Of a stretch of DNA of 64,000 nucleotides, positions 62,510 through 64,000 are shown piece after piece; within the stretch, counting starts at the first letter, position 1; every line of letters starts with the position of its first letter. The stretch comes from Neoechinorhynchus agilis. Its lineage: Eukaryota; Animalia; Acanthocephala. A model generated the notes under the pieces. That model did no database searches. It saw nothing but the letters and a program-made list of their open reading frames with translations, and was not told where the DNA came from. The translations under genes and the position numbers were made by a program. The stretch spans positions 13,655,480-13,719,479 of the forward strand of contig CM121342.1 in the NCBI GenBank assembly GCA_051530055.1, in the 5' to 3' direction.

Positions 62510-63008
62510 TTATCGATAAGTATAAGATGACTATTTTTTTATCATACACGGCTGGATTATGGACATACAGTCCATCGATTTCTGTCTGGGAAACGCTGAT
62601 CGGCGCTCAATGCCCTTGACAGTACAGTTATAAGTTTGTAAGAATCACCCCGGATCCTCAAATATCTCCCGAAAAGGCGCGACTCATCAGTGGGTTTCCC
62701 CTTCCCTTCAACGAGGTATTTCGTCCCCTTCGGTTGTGGGTCATCGGCGATAATGGTTTTTGAACTCTTTGACCCTGAAATCAACGATCGCCGATGATCA
62801 TCAACCGAAGGGGATGAAATACCGCTGAAGGGAGGAAACTCACTGATGAGTACCAACTCTTCGGGAGATATTTGAGGATCCTGAGGGATGTACAAACTTA
62901 TAACTGTACGGTGATGAGCATTGAGCGCAGATCAGCGTCTCCGGGCCGAAATCGATCCATAATTCAGCCGTGTATGGTAAAAAATAGTCATTTTATACTT
63001 ATCGATAA
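62510..63008. repeat. ~500-bp imperfect fold-back (arms ~220-240 bp) with degenerate hammerhead-like cores
   Basis: TTATCGATAAGTATAA... at the left end is the reverse complement of the right end; ~35-nt central loop. CCGATGA...GGGA(C/T)GAAATA and CTGATGAG occur in both arms. Confidence 0.85.
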
Positions 63009-63299
63009 AAGGCAATCGGCTGAGCCACGCATAAATATGTTTTAATTGCACTATTTGAAATGTATGTTGAGTTGAAATTTGAGTTAGCGGAGAAGGAAAG
63101 GCGAAATGAATCGGAATCAATTATAGCATATTTAGCTAAAGGAAGTTTTGGTGTATAAAATAAAACTTTTGAAAAAAGATGTGATGAACCGTTGATGTGA
63201 ACCTCTCGTGATTTAGCTCCACTCAAAACATTAATAAGCATGATATTTAATGTGTTAGCATTAATACTAAGGCGGGTGGCACGTTATATAATACGTTTA

Positions 63300-64000
63300 A
63301 ATTGTCAACGTTCTCTCTCGTCAATCGTCAACGTACAACGCTCTCTCTCGTCGTCTTCGCACATCATCGAATATTTTCTTTGTCACGCGATCAACGCCGT
63401 CACAAGATCTAACGTCGTAAACAATCGCAAACAAATCTGTGAGCGTCAACGCCGTCGCACGATCTAACGTCGTAAACACTTGCAAACAATGCCGAAACCA
63501 AAGCGCCCAACTACCAAGCTCGCCCCCTGTGACATGGACGATTGTCCTGTTGCAACTCAAATATTCGTCTCAGCTACTTGGGCAGCAGGCCGGAAATTTA
63601 TTTGCGGTTTCGGTGCAGCCGCCTTGCTCAAACCTTGTTCTCCGGTTTCCCCTCTTCCCAATAAGTACTAAAACCCTAACCGCCCCCAAACCCTAAACCC
63701 CAACCCCTTCCATCTTCAGTTTCCCCACCTTAAACCTCCTCTTCTCGCTCGCTTCACTCTTTAAATACTGTCCACCCACCCTTTGCTGTCGGCGCCCTCC
63801 ATGACTCCTCTCCACATCTTCTCCCCTCCTTAATTCTGTTCCTATCATCTCTCATACTTCTTTTCCTTCGTCCATGCACTCTAAGTCTCACTCTGCTCCA
63901 CTATTAAAACCGAACCCCCCTTTCTCCTCGACCTCATTTAAATCCTCCACCTCCTCTCTAGCACCCCGTACTGCTAGAAAAAACCATAAACCCCTACCAT
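63300..64000 (+). mobile_element. Possible 5' end of a decayed LINE-like element (repeated 5' UTR, Cys-containing ORF1-like start, C-rich strand); runs off the window
   Basis: A ~44-bp unit TCAACGCCGTC.CA.GATCTAACGTCGTAAACA is duplicated before an ATG. Abrupt shift to C-rich, G-poor composition. Confidence 0.35.

Noticed and set aside
63670-63705. CCCTAA/AAACCCT telomere-like motifs
   Set aside because: Only two non-tandem copies in a C-rich tract; not a telomeric array.

Overview
AT-rich eukaryotic (metazoan, probably invertebrate) DNA from a compact genome with ~45-55 nt introns, many intronless genes and tight gene spacing. Family calls come from recalled motifs, not database searches. 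Recognisable host genes: GTSF1/Asterix-like CHHC zinc finger, sigma-class GST, a divergent stand-alone FolD/MTHFD, NF-YA, a PHF24-like PHD+EF-hand protein, a U1C/ZMAT5-type zinc finger, akirin, a divergent TBP/TRF2-like factor whose two TBP repeats lie in different frames, TEP1, a secreted kringle/Cys-rich/C-type-lectin mosaic protein and nucleobindin. Repeats: a ~7.3 kb array of a 173-bp satellite with higher-order structure, a decayed Gypsy element, three CRE-like (RLE) non-LTR fragments, a 540-bp hAT MITE with 8-bp TSD, and several Penelope-like remnants. The most striking signal, which the ORF track does not show, is six fold-back insertions with different sequences, each carrying a minimal type I hammerhead ribozyme motif (intact at ~2.3 kb, 40-41 kb and 59.8 kb; variant at 10-12 kb; degenerate at 16.6 kb and 62.8 kb). 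They include a perfect 96-bp-arm palindrome with a 15-bp TSD and a sense-strand hammerhead inside a nucleobindin intron. TTTTCAG acceptors just upstream of several start codons suggest SL trans-splicing and possibly operons.
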